From Octopus vulgaris (lineage: Eukaryota), in NCBI GenBank assembly GCA_951406725.2, contig OX597825.1:52204001-52268000 (forward strand): a stretch of DNA of 64,000 nt, written 5' to 3'. The notes under the pieces are model-generated. The model saw only the letters and a list, made by a program, of their open reading frames with translations, had not been told where the DNA came from and ran no database searches. This document shows positions 40,559-54,993 of this stretch, one piece after another. Made by a program: the position numbers and the translations under genes. Numbering within the stretch: position 1 is the first letter of the stretch; each line of letters starts with the position of its first letter.

Positions 40559-42271
40559 ACACAATGGGCTCATATACAATTTCCATCTATCAATTTGACA
40601 TACAAGGAATTTGTCAGTCTGAAGCTAGAGTAGAAAACACTGTCCAAAGTTCTACATGGGGTGATAGAATTCAAGAGCATATTGTAATAAAGCCAACTCT
40701 GTTTCCACGTGACTATACCTGTATTTTGTATATTGATAAAATAAATAGACAGCAGTTTTGCATTTACCTATGAAACATAAGGTGGTTTGCTCAACATTTG
40801 CTATTGCAGAGGAACTTATTACCCCACCCATCCATTATTGTAATGGAACTAATTTGTGTGTGTGTGTGTGTTTGCGAGAGAATGAGAGAGAGAGGGGGGA
40901 GAGAAAGAGAGAGGATATAGTGACCCATTAGTTTAATGTTAAATTGCTTTTATAAATAACTTGATGCAAAATAGTCAACAGCAACGCACACACATATATA
41001 AATATATTCTTTGAAACCATTCAGCCTATGTATGTATGCAGGTACTTTCTAAGGTGTCTCGATCAAAATTTTTTTATCTACAAATAAGTTCTTAATTTAA
41101 TAATGAAAAATTAACTTTTTAATCATTCAAATGAAGCTAAAAGTCTCCCAGTTGTATTATGTTTCTTCTACAAACTTTACGAATGTTGCAAAATTTAAAG
41201 ATTGAATTATTAATTTAGTTGCAAAAATATTTTTATCATAAAATAAAGTTTATCGGTTGTTCAATTGACTAAAATGTCTTTTAGAATGAACCGGAAGTGT
41301 ACCAATAAATATAGACATCCATTTACATTGTTTCACATTTTTTTGTTTTACTAATTATTTTAGTTTTATTTGTTATTGCAATTATGAATATTTTTAAATA
41401 TCTGAATAAATATTGACATGTTTCAATATTTGTTTCAAAATATATTGTTAAGACATGGAGGGAACTAAATTCATTATTGTTTTAATGTACATCTTTCTGT
41501 GCTTGCATGGGTCTGACGATATTTCCTAACATCAACCCTGACCAGTTTCCAAGCAAAGCAATAATTTCCCTTAGTTCTTCAAACAAATAAAGAAATTACT
41601 AGATATATCTTCAGAAAAGATTGCAAATGGATGAAACCACCTGTCTCACAGTGAGTTTTGATTGCAATTAATGTACACTGTCAATGGAAGGAGGCATGGA
41701 AAGACAAGCATCTTCCAGTTTCTTGTTTTGGTCAAGTTGGCATTTTTTAAAAGATACTTGTCCAAGGTGACATGCAGTGGAATTGAACCTGAAATCATAT
41801 GGCTGTGAAGCAAACTTCTTAACCACTAACCATGCCTGCCCTAGGAAACTAGAATATATGTGAATATAATGTTTGGGAACTTCTTTCATTTCAAAATTAA
41901 TGCAAGTGGAACAAATTTTGTATCTTTATGATATATAGAGATGAGGGCAAAATTGTTAAAGCATCATAAAAACTATTTGGTTACATTTGGTCCAAGGTTT
42001 TACACTTTAATTTCAAATCCCAACATGGTCAACTTCAATTTTTGTCATTTTAGACTTGATAAGGTGAAGTGCCTGTCAAGAATTGGGATCAAACTGACTT
42101 AACATTTCTTCTGAAAGTTATTGGTTTGGAGTCTAAATTAGAAAAAATATATATTGAGAAGGAGCATGGTTGATGATGGAGAAAATATATTTTGTTATAT
42201 TCCTATATGGTTTGAATTCAAACCCAGCCCAATTTGGTTTAGTTTTTCTTTGTCTAAGAAATAGCTATAAG

Positions 42272-42460
42272 AAGGCAGCAAGCTGGCTGACTCATTAGCA
42301 TGCCCTGCAAAATGCTTAGTGGTATTTCATCTGTCTTTACATTCTGAGTTCAAATTCCGGGATTGATAAATTAAGTTCCGGTTGTGTACTGGGGTCAATC
42401 TAATTGACTGGCCCCACTCCCCACAAAATTTCAGGCCTTGTACCAAGAGAAGAAAAAAAG
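42272..42460 (+). mobile_element. Family-C SINE (internally deleted, different tail)
   Basis: aaggcagcaagctggctgactcattagc...gagttcaaattcc...tail aaaatttcaggccttgtacc. Confidence 0.75.
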
Positions 42461-44279
42461 AAAGCTATAAGTGTTGCAAGAGTCAATTGAATTGGCTACA
42501 ACTACCACCTATTTTGTGTATGTACTAGATATCAGTCAGATAAGGTTAGTAACCATGACTTTTATCAGACCTCTCAGACTAAGGAAATTGATATAATTGT
42601 CATGAAAGAGGCTTTACATTGACAAACATTGTTCCAGTAAATATTGAGGGAAGATAAATTTTATACAATCAATAGTCTTTTAATGATTTCAGTCACTGGA
42701 CTTTGGCCATGCTGGTGTACTACCTTCAAGGATTTTATCTCATCATATTCACCCCAGTATTTATTTCAATCTGATATGCATTTTATCAGTCTATATTTAT
42801 CAAATTTTTAGATAATGGAGCATAAAGAAACACCAAACCATGTAAGCATAGACACAAATGCACACACATGCAAAATAAAGAACAAATATACACATATATA
42901 GTTATATACACAAAATGTTTATGTACATACTTATATTCAAATATAAACATTATACACACATTCTCATGTATGCATCTAGGCTACAGATTTTCATTTGTTG
43001 CTTTCACCATAGATGCAATAGGTTACATAACCACTGATTTGCATAGAATTCTAGAAATGGTAGTGTTCTCCAAAGACAATAAGTACATACTGACTAACAT
43101 TCTCTGGTAAGAATGAATCAGAGCAACTGTGAAAATTTGTACAATATTTCAGGGACTCTCCATTTGAGGCTTCTGGATAAATATATCCATGCAGTCACAT
43201 ATACATATGAACTATATATATGCAAACATACATACATAAGCAGTAATGAAATATACATGTTCATGTTCAACCATGATGTGCACATTGACAAGAAAACGTT
43301 TATCCACATGCACACACACATGCACAGCATACTCACCCATGCATGTATATATTAACCAATTCAGGTAGCCACAAATCCCAAGAGCTGCCTTAAATTAAGC
43401 AAAAAATCCTCACCACATTGTTAGTGACTGGCATGAATTTTGCAAAGGTAAAAACCTAAATTTAACTCTGAAGGAAACATGCATACTCATATTCCTACAT
43501 TCATACATCATGAGCTTTGAACCAGTTTCTTTCAAGTAAATTCCATTCAGAAGATATTGGTGCAGCTGAAGCTATGGTAAAGGATATTTGCCCAAATTGC
43601 TCTCCAGTGGATTGAACCTAGAACCACGAGGTTGTAAAGCAAACTTCCTAACCCCACATCCACGTCTGCAGCTATATTTATTTCCTATTTTTCTTAAAGA
43701 ATTCACATGATAAGGTGTTGCAGAAATATGAGATAACCTGCTGAATGTATGAGGATAAATAAAAATATTGTAAACAGAAATATTTTCTGGAAAACAATGA
43801 AAGCATAAAATGTTTAAAGATAACAGTGGCAAAAACAAAATATTATTGTATTCAGAAGTGCGGAAGAATGTGACGATTGGAAGAGACAGAACTGTTTGAA
43901 ACTTTGTTTGGAAACCAATTTACATTCCAAATCTATATTGATCTATCGTATAATATATCAAATCAGATGTGTTGTGTGTGTTTAGAAAGTGAAGTAGAGG
44001 AAAGAGGAAAGCAGAGAGAGAGCGAGAGAGGGAGCAAGAAATATAAAAAGTGAGTGATGGAAGAACATATGTTGTTACAAAGAGCAGACAAAATATTGTG
44101 TGAAGTACAGACAGACAAAGGGATAGAAAAAAAACCAATGTTGTAGTGTGTGTTACTGATGTATTTATGGTATATAATATTCAATGTATAGATAAGTATT
44201 TGTGTGTATATGTATATCTATATGTGTGTGTATGTTTGAATATATATATATGTATTTATATATGTATGTATATATATAT

Positions 44280-44282
<3 letters not shown>

Positions 44283-44358
<76 letters not shown>
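44283..44358. repeat. (TA)n microsatellite
   Basis: Direct reading. Confidence 0.95.
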
Positions 44359-44362
<4 letters not shown>

Positions 44363-44548
44363 CCATCACCATCATCGTTGTTTAACGTCTGGTTTCCATG
44401 ATGGCATGGGTTAGGCAGTTTGACTGAGGGCTGGCAAGCCAGAAGGCTGCACCAGGCTCCAATCCAATTTGGCAATGTTTCTACAGCTAGATGCCCATCC
44501 TAACGCCAACTGGTCCCATATATATATAAGTACATATATATATATAAA

Positions 44549-44600
<52 letters not shown>

Positions 44601-44721
44601 TATACATACATATGTATATGTATATATGTATATATTCATGAATATACACATACATATATATATATATATATATCCCGTCCAACCCATGCTAGCATGGAAA
44701 GCGGACGTTAAACGATGATGA

Positions 44722-44766
<45 letters not shown>

Positions 44767-44804
44767 TACACACATGCACACACACACACACACATATAGA
44801 TAGA

Positions 44805-45039
44805 TACAGGTTTGGCCAAAAGTCCCCTGACAGTAAATGAAAACCATTTAATTTCATGAATTATTTATGTTTAACAACTGAATGAATTTAATAAAAGCAT
44901 CCAGATATGAAGCATCATGAACATTGTTCAAACTGAAGTCATTTTTGAGCAACACATTTTTCCATTTGAGTCAGCACAGAATTACTGATAGAATGTATGG
45001 AATTTTGATTTACCGTCAGGTTACTTTAGGCCAACCCTG

Positions 45040-45041
<2 letters not shown>
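44805..45041. mobile_element. Tc1/mariner-type MITE
   Basis: TA|caggtttggccaaaagtcccctgacagtaaat ... atttaccgtcaggttactttaggccaaccctg|TA. Confidence 0.9.
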
Positions 45042-45086
<45 letters not shown>

Positions 45087-45422
45087 GAAGACATGGCTTA
45101 GTAGAGAAGTTCATTGTGCAATTCCAGGGATTTTGGGTTTGGAGGCAGTGCCACTGCACACCTCTTTGGGCAAATGTCTTGTATTATGACTTCAGGGTGA
45201 CCAATGCCTTCTGAATGAGTTTGATAGACAGAAACTGCTTCTAGTCCAGTACCAATCCTCACCAGTCTCCAAGCAAGGTAACATTTTCTCATGGCTAGAG
45301 AAATTCTTGCATTATATAGGAAATGAATGACATTGCATGTATGACAGTCACAATCATTTACAACTATCATCTAATGTTAACACAAAGGGACACACAAACA
45401 TACAAACATACATGTACCAACT

Positions 45423-45461
<39 letters not shown>

Positions 45462-45911
45462 TTGCAATGAGTTCCTTTCAATTTCTGTCAATGAAATCCA
45501 CTCACAAAAGGTGCCATGCAGTAAGACTGAGCCTGTATGTATGTATGTATGTATGTACGTATGTATGTATATATATATATGTATATATATATATATGTAT
45601 ATATATATGTGAGTGTGTGTGTGAATAAATGCACTGAGCTTAGTGGTTTGGACTTTGGTCTCGCTATAGTTATGTCCTGTATTCAATTCTGGAATTGGAT
45701 TGCATGCTATATCCTTGAGCATGGTGTTACTTCAGTCCACTCACCTGTAAATGGACTCCAGTGATTCTATGATGAACTGGCATCTTCTTCAGGAATTGAG
45801 AACATTTGAACTTTCTGTTACTTAAATATCACGTAAACTGGAATAAGGTTTGGTATAAGAGACCTGTATTAACAAGATAAAATTAATTTAACTATATCAC
45901 ACAAACACAAG

Positions 45912-45945
<34 letters not shown>

Positions 45946-46159
45946 TCTATCTATCTATCTGTCAGTCTATCTATAGATATGTATATATATATATGTGTAT
46001 ATATATTAATAAAATTGGTTAGGTAAGACTGACATGTCAGTCTGCTATAGTCACTAATTACTCCGCTTCCCTCAACTAGCCTTACAAAGATTTTAGCATT
46101 GCAATAAATAATAAATAAATGAAAATATGACTCTGATTGCCCACTGGTATCTGTGTGTG

Positions 46160-46345
46160 CATGTAACTATATGAGACTGTGTGTGTTTGTGCTTGCACGT
46201 AACTGTAAGAGACTCTGTGTGTGTGTGTGTGTGTGTGCGTGTGTGCGTGTGTGTGTGTGTGAACATGTGTAACTGTATGAGACTTTGTGTGTGTGTGCAC
46301 ACATAACTGTATGAGACTCTGTGTTTGTGTGAAACAATAACTGAA
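46160..46345. repeat. Minisatellite of taactgtatgagact units separated by variable (TG)n
   Basis: Four to five copies visible. Confidence 0.7.
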
Positions 46346-46404
46346 TGTGTATGTTGGTATCTGTATGTTTGACATACAGACTGTGTGTGGAATGTCTGCT
46401 GATA

Positions 46405-46444
<40 letters not shown>

Positions 46445-46552
46445 AATTTAAATTTAAAATAATAAGGGTGAAAAATTGAATATTAATTTCATTAATATCA
46501 ATTTAAAACCAGTGGTCTAGCATATAGAAAAATCTGAAGATTCAGAAAAATT

Positions 46553-46887
46553 ATATTACATACATATAAGAGGGATGACCACTAAGAGGACATCCATTTT
46601 GCTAGAAGTCGACCCCCTATGGTCTTACCACTAAGAAAGGAATGTTCTCAAGAAAATTTAGGAAACTCCAGAACGTAAGTGAGCAAGACAAATGAAAAGA
46701 TACAAAATATACAGATTGTGATTAATCTGTATATTTTGTATCTTTTCATTTGTCTTGCTTGCTTAGGTTCTGGCATTTGCTAAATTTTCTTGATAACATT
46801 CCTTTCTTAGTGGTAAACCATAAGGGCTCAACTTCTAGCATAATGGATGTCCACTTAGTGGTCATCCCTCTTATATGCATGTAATAT
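46553..46887. repeat. ~335-bp near-perfect inverted repeat (two ~165-bp arms, 6-nt loop)
   Basis: ...gatacaaaatatacagatt GTGATT aatctgtatattttgtatc...; arms pair out to atattaca / tgtaatat. Confidence 0.95.
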
Positions 46888-46888
46888 G

Positions 46889-46924
<36 letters not shown>

Positions 46925-47342
46925 TGTATGTATATTTGGAGTTACATATTATTATTAGGAATTGTATAAAGAAGATTAAAATGTCTGTATTGTAGACATG
47001 TAACCAATTTAATGCAGATACATTTTTACAACAAAAACCTTATATGGACCCCAGTTGATAACCGCTGCTTTACTCATACTCTAATCTCTCATCATCAGGC
47101 AGAAAACCACCTTCCTCAATACCACATTTTGGGAACCAATAAGGTCTTCATCAATGAAGGCTTTTCTGCAGCTGCTCAGTTCAGAGGAAATAGCTGTAAA
47201 ATTTCTTTCAAATCATCCTTCATTATTTTAAATGGTGAAGAGATTAGTAAACATCTTTCTAGATAGTCTTAACTGCAATGCCTAAGATCATGGGTGCATA
47301 CAATCAGTTTTCACTGAGGGTTAAATAAAAGCAACCATTTTA

Positions 47343-47780
47343 AGCATGGCTGTGTGGTAAAAAATTTGCTTCCCAACAACATGATTCAAGGTTCAGTCCC
47401 ATTGCATAGCACTTTGGGCAAATGTCTTCTACTATGGCCACAAGTTGACCAAAGCCTTGCGATTGGATTTGGTAGACGGAAACAGAAAGAAGCCCGTTGT
47501 ATATGTGTGTATATAATATATATATATACATATATATATGTCTATGTGTGTGTGTGTGTCTCTCTTTGTGTCTGTGTTTGTCTCTCACCACCACTTGACA
47601 ACTGGTGTTGTTGTGTTTAAGTCATTGTAACTTAGTAGTTCAACACAAAAGATTGATAGAATAATTACCAGGCTTTAAATAAATCAAGTACTGAGATTAA
47701 TGCAATTGACTAAAAAACTTTCAAGGTGGTGCCTCATCATGGCAGCATTTTAATGATTGAAACATGTAAAAGTTAAAAGG
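47343..47780 (+). mobile_element. tRNA-derived SINE, family A
   Basis: Matches 37786-38190. Confidence 0.85.
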
Positions 47781-48595
47781 TAAGCACAATGAGTGATTTG
47801 ACTCATGAGGCTACAATTAATCTCAAAACTGAGAGACAGAGACTTAATAAAAACTAAGGAAACAGTGCAGCAGAAAGGCTCTGTCTGTCAGCTATTGCTT
47901 GCAGTTCCATATCACAATTTCACATCAAATGTTTCGAATATGGAACCAATGAACTTTCTCCCTCTTATTAGCAGGAATTTTATTTAGCTAGACAACTCTT
48001 ATTTCCCTTGTTTTGACCAGCAAATACATTTAATTTGATTTGCAGAGAAATTAATGAAAAATCGCCGAATGTTTTCAATAAAGGAATATGATATTATTAC
48101 TTTTCTGTAATTTACTGTTTCATATTTTCACTGTTGCCTTGGAAGATATAAAATTATCAAACCACAGTCGAGATTGTGTCTAAGACATAAATGCTAATTC
48201 CTTATGCAGTTATGCTGCTTCAATTTTCCGAAAGAGAAATGGTAGCTAAATGAGCTGTGTTGCCTTCATTCACTCACACATTCATTCATTCATTCATTCA
48301 TTCATTTCTTTGTACAAACAACTGAGATATCTGGTGCTTTAACATCCTGAAGAAGACCCATTCTCTACAGCGGAAGTGTTAATGCTGCTCACTCTGCTGA
48401 AGAGCCCTGTGCAAGTGTTACATAACAGCACCTGTGCTGGTACCATGTAAAAGCCCTCATGCTGGTGCTACGTAAAAAGCACCCAGCATACGCTGTAAAG
48501 TGGCTGGCATTAGGAAGGGCATACAACTACAGAAACCATGCCAAATCAGACCGGAATCTTGTGTAACCCTCCTGCTTCCCAGCTCAGTTTAAACC

Positions 48596-48780
48596 TATTT
48601 CTTTACTACCCACAAGGGGCTAAACACAGAGAGAACAAACACGGACAGACAAACAGATTAAGTCGATTATATTGACCCCAGTAACTGGTACTTATTTAAT
48701 CGACCCTGAAAGGGATGAAAGGCAAAGTCAACCTCGGCAGAATTTGAACTCAGAACGTAGCAGCAGATGAAATGCCGATA
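48596..48780 (-). mobile_element. Family-C SINE with Tx1/L1-LINE-like tail
   Basis: Reverse complement of the 15260-15427 type, including the tail ctctgtgtttagccccttgtgggtagtaaagaaatag. Confidence 0.85.
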
Positions 48781-48819
48781 AGCCAGCATGGAGAACATAC
48801 TTTAAATGATGATGATGAT

Positions 48820-49137
48820 GATCATCATCATCATCATCGTTTACGTCCGTTCTCCATGCTAGCATGGGTTGGACGGTTCGACCAGGGATCTGGGAAGCCA
48901 GAAGGCTGCACCAGGCTCCGGTCTTATCTGGCAATGTTTCTACAGCTGGAATGCCCTTCCTAACGCCAACCACTCCGTGAGTGTAGTGGGTGCTTTTTAC
49001 GTGCCACCTGCACTGGTGCCAGGCGAGGCTGGCATCGGCCACGGTCAGATTGGTGCATTTTACGTGCCACCTGCACGGAAGCCAGTCGAGGCAGCACTGG
49101 CTTCAGCCACGATTCGGATGGTGCTTTTTACGTGCCG
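48820..49137 (-). mobile_element. RTE LINE 3' fragment with about three UTR units
   Basis: (CAT)n, gtttacgtccg..., three gtgc(t/a)ttttacgtgcc motifs. Confidence 0.88.
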
Positions 49138-51389
49138 CATACATGTTTAGTTATTTATTCATTTGTTTTTAACTTCCTCATCATTGATTTCCATACTTGC
49201 ATGGGTCAGAAGGAATTCATTGAGGTAGATTTTCTTGGATGAGATGCCTTTTCTGTTACCAACCCTCATCTGTTTCCTAGAAAAATATTGTTTCTTCTTG
49301 TCAGATGTGTTTTTCCCGTGGAAGACTGGAAACAAACAACATAGCTTGTATGATGATGGAGATATTCATTTACAAATATTGTCATGTCAAGACAAGAGTA
49401 AGCAGAAACATATATATATATATAGTTACATATACATACACATATACATGCATAATTAATCTGTCTGTCTGTTTATCTACACACACACACATGCACACAA
49501 TGGACATCTTTCAGTTTCCATCTACCAAACCCACTCCCAAGTCTGTGGTCAGCCCAGTGCTATAGTAGAAGACACTTCCCTAAAGTGGTGTGCAATGGAA
49601 CTGAACCTAAAACCACATGCTTAGACAGAAAGTATCTTAACATCACAGCCATGCGTGTACATTATATGAAAGTATGTATGTATGAATGTATGTATGTGTG
49701 TATGTGTATGTGTATGCATGTATGTATGTATGTCATTATTTAGCTTTATTTCAAGATTTCTTGCCAATAGAGAAAAAGTTGGTCTCTCACCTAGATCTAA
49801 AACTTCTTCATCAGAATTTCAACAACAACAGGATATTTTCACATCTATGTATGTATGTGTGGTTGTGTGTGCAATTACAAATGTATGTGTATGTATGTAC
49901 ATTTGTATATATGTACATATGTGCATGCAAGATTTGAAAAACTGGTGTAAAATAATGAAGAATTATGATGATATTGAATGTTTTCTCTAAAAGAGAAAAT
50001 AAAAGCCAATGACCATTCTGTTTGGGAAGAAAATCAAAATTTGTTACTTTAGCACGTCATATGCAGTTTGTGTGCAGCATGAAAAATAGAGACAAGAGAG
50101 AGTTAGGATTTAGTGATAATGGTTGGAGTTACGATATAAATCTTTCATAAATTCTGTAAGGGCACAAACATAACCAATGTTTATTTGAAGAAAGAACATT
50201 AAGTTATGTTGTTATGTGGAGTGACTGCAACACGAGCATTTCAATGGTTTATTCAAGCTGTTTGTTATTTACAAAAGTATTGAATGCCCAATGATCTATT
50301 ATTAGAATATTAATTAATTTATCAAAGCAGCAACTAAGGAAATGCCGTATATTCTTGTTTATGCTGAATGTAAAATGTAACCATTTCTTCCCATCTATTA
50401 TTTTGTCAGCTTGCTGTCCAATTTGTGGTTTTTTGATATTTATCTTGACCTGATGGGGACTACAAAAATACTGATGGAAATGAAAAATATTCTACCAACA
50501 CATGCATGTGTATGTGTGTGTTTGTTTTAAAAATTAGTCACCCCTTCTTTGTATTCCAAAGTTCAAATTCTACCAGAGACAATTTTGCATTGCAACACTC
50601 TGGAATTGGTCAAATACTTACTAACATGTATAGGGAGTGGGTGGTATTTGTTTGCATTAAGACTATCTCAGGAAAGAATAAAATGGTGGTTTTATTTTTT
50701 GAGATATATTCATCAAATTTGGACCAGGTTGTCTTCATAACATGTTCTGTTGATCTCACTTGATGAATCTGCCTTTGACCTTGATGACAACCTCCAGGTA
50801 AATCAGAACTGACCACTAGCCTTCGTTATTATCTCCTGTTTTAGGTCCCTGAAGACCCTGGTAATCCTGACACTCAGCTTGTCCTTCAGGCTGCAGCTGG
50901 ATTTGTTTGCCTCTTATTCCACTGTGCTCCACACAAAGATGTCAAAAGAACATGCTTCTTCCACAAACTGAGAGGTTCAAAATTTTCCATAGTCAATTAT
51001 TCTGCAAAAAATAAGCAAAAATGATTTTTGGTTTTAAGAACAAAAAGACTGACAACCAAAGTAAAAACAATATGTGTAAAATCAGTATAGATTGGTAGAG
51101 GTTGACCAACCCCTGTTTTGTATTGGTAAAGATTGGCCAAACCCTTCCCAAACATTGGCTTTGGGTGACAGTAGATACTTCATTTTCACTGTTCCTTCTC
51201 TTTCTGACCAAGAAAGGTTTATTGATAAAAGGTCTAAAGGCAATTAATGTAAGGTTGGGATGAGAATGATAGGAAATTTGCACAATTTTTGCACACAACA
51301 AAGTCCAGTCTCTGCCATACTAGTTTATGGTTAATTGACAACTACACTAAGAAATCAATAAAGTTAGCAAGATCACTCAGAACCTTTTA

Positions 51390-51990
51390 TACATGATAAT
51401 AACGAGTTTAAATACTGTCAAGCATGTTAGCAACGACAGTTGTGTGTTGTTATATATGTTAGCAATGACAGTTATAGGACATGATAACAATGACAGCTAT
51501 AGGTCATAATGTGTTTTCGCAATGACCATTAGAGGTTTGCATTCAGGTTAGTAATGGCCTTTATAGGCTATTTTACATGTTAGTAATGATAATTATCGGC
51601 AATTGTACATGTTATCAATGATACAGGCTAAGATGCACGTCAGTAACAACATTTATACATGTTAGCAATGACAGTCATAAACTTTCTATATGTTAGTAAT
51701 GACATTTAAAAGCTATTTTACATGTTAGTGATGACATTTGTAGGCTATTTTACATGTTAGCAAGGACAGTTATAGGCTATTCTACATATTAGCAAGGACA
51801 GTTATAGGCTATTCTACATGTTAGCAAGGACAGTTATAGACTATTATGCATGTTAACCAGAACATCTATAAGCTTTCATATATGTTACCAATGACATTTT
51901 AGTTTTATCATACAAGCTAAAAAGGCAAATTATATTCAGGCTATTACACATGTTATTATGCAAATGGGCTATCACATATGCTAACAAGCA
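51390..51990. repeat. Degenerate 32-bp minisatellite
   Basis: Core tacatgttagcaaggacagttataggctattc; best-preserved copies at 51750-51845. Confidence 0.85.
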
Positions 51991-53268
51991 CAATTATAAA
52001 TTCTGCTGCTTCTCAGATTCAACTTTCTCAATTTATATACAAATGCATTTTCAATTCACTTCTGCAATGTAGATTTGTATTTAATATTTAGCTACATACT
52101 CCTAATGTTCTGATTTTTGTTTTCCAAACTGAAAGATTATGTTGCAATAACATGCTCACAGAAATGCTGTTTCTTCTCTGTGTGTCTTCTGCTATAACTA
52201 AACTTGAGCTAGCTTTTTATAAACCTCCTACACTTAGCTTCACTCAATACATTTTCCTTTCCTTGTCATTCTCCCCTTTTAGTTAACACCTCTCATGTTT
52301 AACATTTTACCCAATAATCTTTCATCAGAATGAGTAATCCTTGGAATTCCATGACCGTCCATAATTCTTGCACAGGAACGAAAGCAGACACAGGCATGGC
52401 TGTGTGGCTATGGGGTTTGCTTTGAAGCCATGGGTCCAGTCCCACAGTGTAGCACTTTGGACAAGTGTTGTTTACTATTGCCCAGAGCCAACTAAAGTGT
52501 TATGAATGGTCTTGATAGATGGAAACTGAAAGAAGCCAAAAGTGTGTTTATGTGTGTATATGTGTGTACGTATCTTAGCATTATTTAATGCTAAACAAGC
52601 ATCACCATCATAGATGGAATGTTGTTCTTTTCCAATCTTCAGTAAAAAAACATATCATTGGTAAACATTACCTCACCTCATGCCTGTCCCCTAACTGTTC
52701 AATGGAAACCTCAGATTTCGAAAATATAATTTGCATATATCTCCCTGCAATACAACCTGCCCAGAATTTCTGAAACACCCCAAGGTACGTAAGTTTGACG
52801 ACAAGTCTGCCTTATCTGAAAACATGTGAGGGTTAGTGACAGGAAGAGGGTCCATCCAGGGAAACTCTGCCTCAACAAATTCCATTTGATTCATGCCAGC
52901 ATGGAAAAGTTAACATTAACAGGATGATGATGGTGACAATGATGATGATGTTGATGATGATATTCACACAAAGATATCCACACTGAACATCAACCACATA
53001 GATCTCACCAGCACCTACAGTGACATCGTTATATCCATTCCAATCATCATTAATAATTCTAGACCAACCTCTTGTGAGAAATCCAATGGTCTTTTAGCAA
53101 AAGACATTCATAGGTCATTAAACAGTTTTGCTACTAAACATTTTTCAACAATGTATAACATAGAAGCTTTCCTGCTAGGTGTGTGGATGTAATATCAGAG
53201 TTAAGTATGCTAATATTGTATGTGGGTGTGGTTATTTGATGTATGTATGTCTGTAATATTCATGTCAG

Positions 53269-53590
53269 ATATGTTGATGTGGTTGTGGTCACAATGTCAG
53301 GGCTAGATAGGTTGATAGTCGATGAGACTGTATGTGGGAGTGGTCGTAATATGATATCAGTGTTTTATATGTTGATGTGGTTGTGGTCACAATGTCAGGG
53401 CTAGATAGGTTGATAGTCGATGAGACTGTATGTGGGAGTGGTTGTAATATGATATCAGTGTTTTGTATGTTGATGTGGTTGTGGTCACAATGTCAGGGCT
53501 AGATAGGTTGATAGTTGATGAGACTATGTGGGAGTGGTTATAATATGTTATCAGTGTTTCATATGTTGATGTGGGTGTGGTTGTAATATC
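53269..53590. repeat. 98-bp tandem repeat, ~3.2 copies
   Basis: atgttgatgtgg recurs at 53271, 53369, 53467 and 53563. Confidence 0.92.
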
Positions 53591-53754
53591 AGCATTAGAC
53601 AGGTTTGTGTGAGTGTTGTCATAAATTTGCTGGGTCATAATATCCTTCTTAGACACACCATGAGTGTTTGTGTGTGAGGTCGTAATACTCCTAATAGATA
53701 TATTGATGTTGCTGTAGTGGAAAATTAGTCTGTTGGTAATTTCAGTGCAAGATA

Positions 53755-54472
53755 TCTTTTATCTTTTACTTGTTTCAGTCATTGGACTACGGTCTTGCTG
53801 GGACATTGCTTTGAATGTTGACTGAATTGACCCCCAGTACTTGTGTTTGTTTAAAGCCTGGTACTTATTCTGACAATCTCTTTTGCTGAACCACTAAGTT
53901 ACAAGGATTTAAATTAATGAACGGTTGTCAAGCAGTGGTATGGGACAAACACAAATATAAATACACACACAATGGGTTTCTTTCAGTTTCCATTGACCAA
54001 ATCAGTTAGGCTTTGATTGGCCTGGGGCTATAGTAGATATTTACTCAAGGTGTCACACAATGAGACTGAATCCAGAACCCATGTACTTGAGAAGCAAACT
54101 TCTTACCACACAGCCATGCCTACAGGTGGCATCTTTTACCTTTTAATTGTTTCAATCATTAGACTGCAGCCATGTTGGGGTAACAACTTAAATAATTCTT
54201 TACTCAAATGAATTGATCCCAGTACGTTCATTTTAAGGCCTGGTATCCATTCTATCAGTCTCTTTTGCTGAACAACAAAGTGTCCGGTGATAGTAGGGAA
54301 CAAACACACACACACAGGATGGGCTTCTTTTAGTTTCTCTCTTCCAAAACAACTCACAAAACTTTGGTCAGACGGGACTATAGCAGAAGACACATACCCA
54401 AGGTGCCATACTGTGGAACTAAACCTAGAACCATTTGGTTGAGAAGCAAGCTTCTTATTACACAGCTATGCC
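53755..54472 (-). mobile_element. Head-to-tail pair of family-A SINEs
   Basis: Two tails (53755, 54131) and two heads (acacagccatgcc ~54110, acacagctatgcc ~54460). Confidence 0.8.
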
Positions 54473-54993
54473 TGATGTTTTTATAAGATCTTGTTGAAAT
54501 TCAATTGAAAATCATAAAAAAATATAACTTCTGTATGATTATGTAAATCAGAGGAGTTAGTATTTAGCTCTAGCTCAACATGTGTCTAGCTAGCAGACTA
54601 ATAAATCAAAGGTATACTATCCATAATCTACCATTTCTTTCCCCAAGGATTACATTATTTAATGTGTAATTTTCCAGATAATGGTATGATATAATTTATG
54701 CAAGATATAGCTGTTGTTTCTAGCAGATTTTGTGACTACATTTAAGATATCTTGTATGCTTGATATTGACATGTAGTTACTGAGAGGACTGGATGAAAAA
54801 TGTCTACTATAGATGATTGAAACTATTAAAATTGTCTCCATTGCAACAGTATTTCACTAGCTTGGAGGATAAAAAGTTAATGCATGAATATAAATACCTC
54901 CTATTACCCGAATAATTCTAAAAGCTAGTGGATGCTTATGGTTTCATGATGTTTATAAGATAAGATAAATACTTACCTGGAGATGATACAGTC

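Noticed and set aside
50760-50980. Possible two-exon fragment with a 47-bp GT-AG intron
   Set aside because: The translation resembles nothing I recognise, the intron is very short, and the adjacent sequence looks like a decayed LINE
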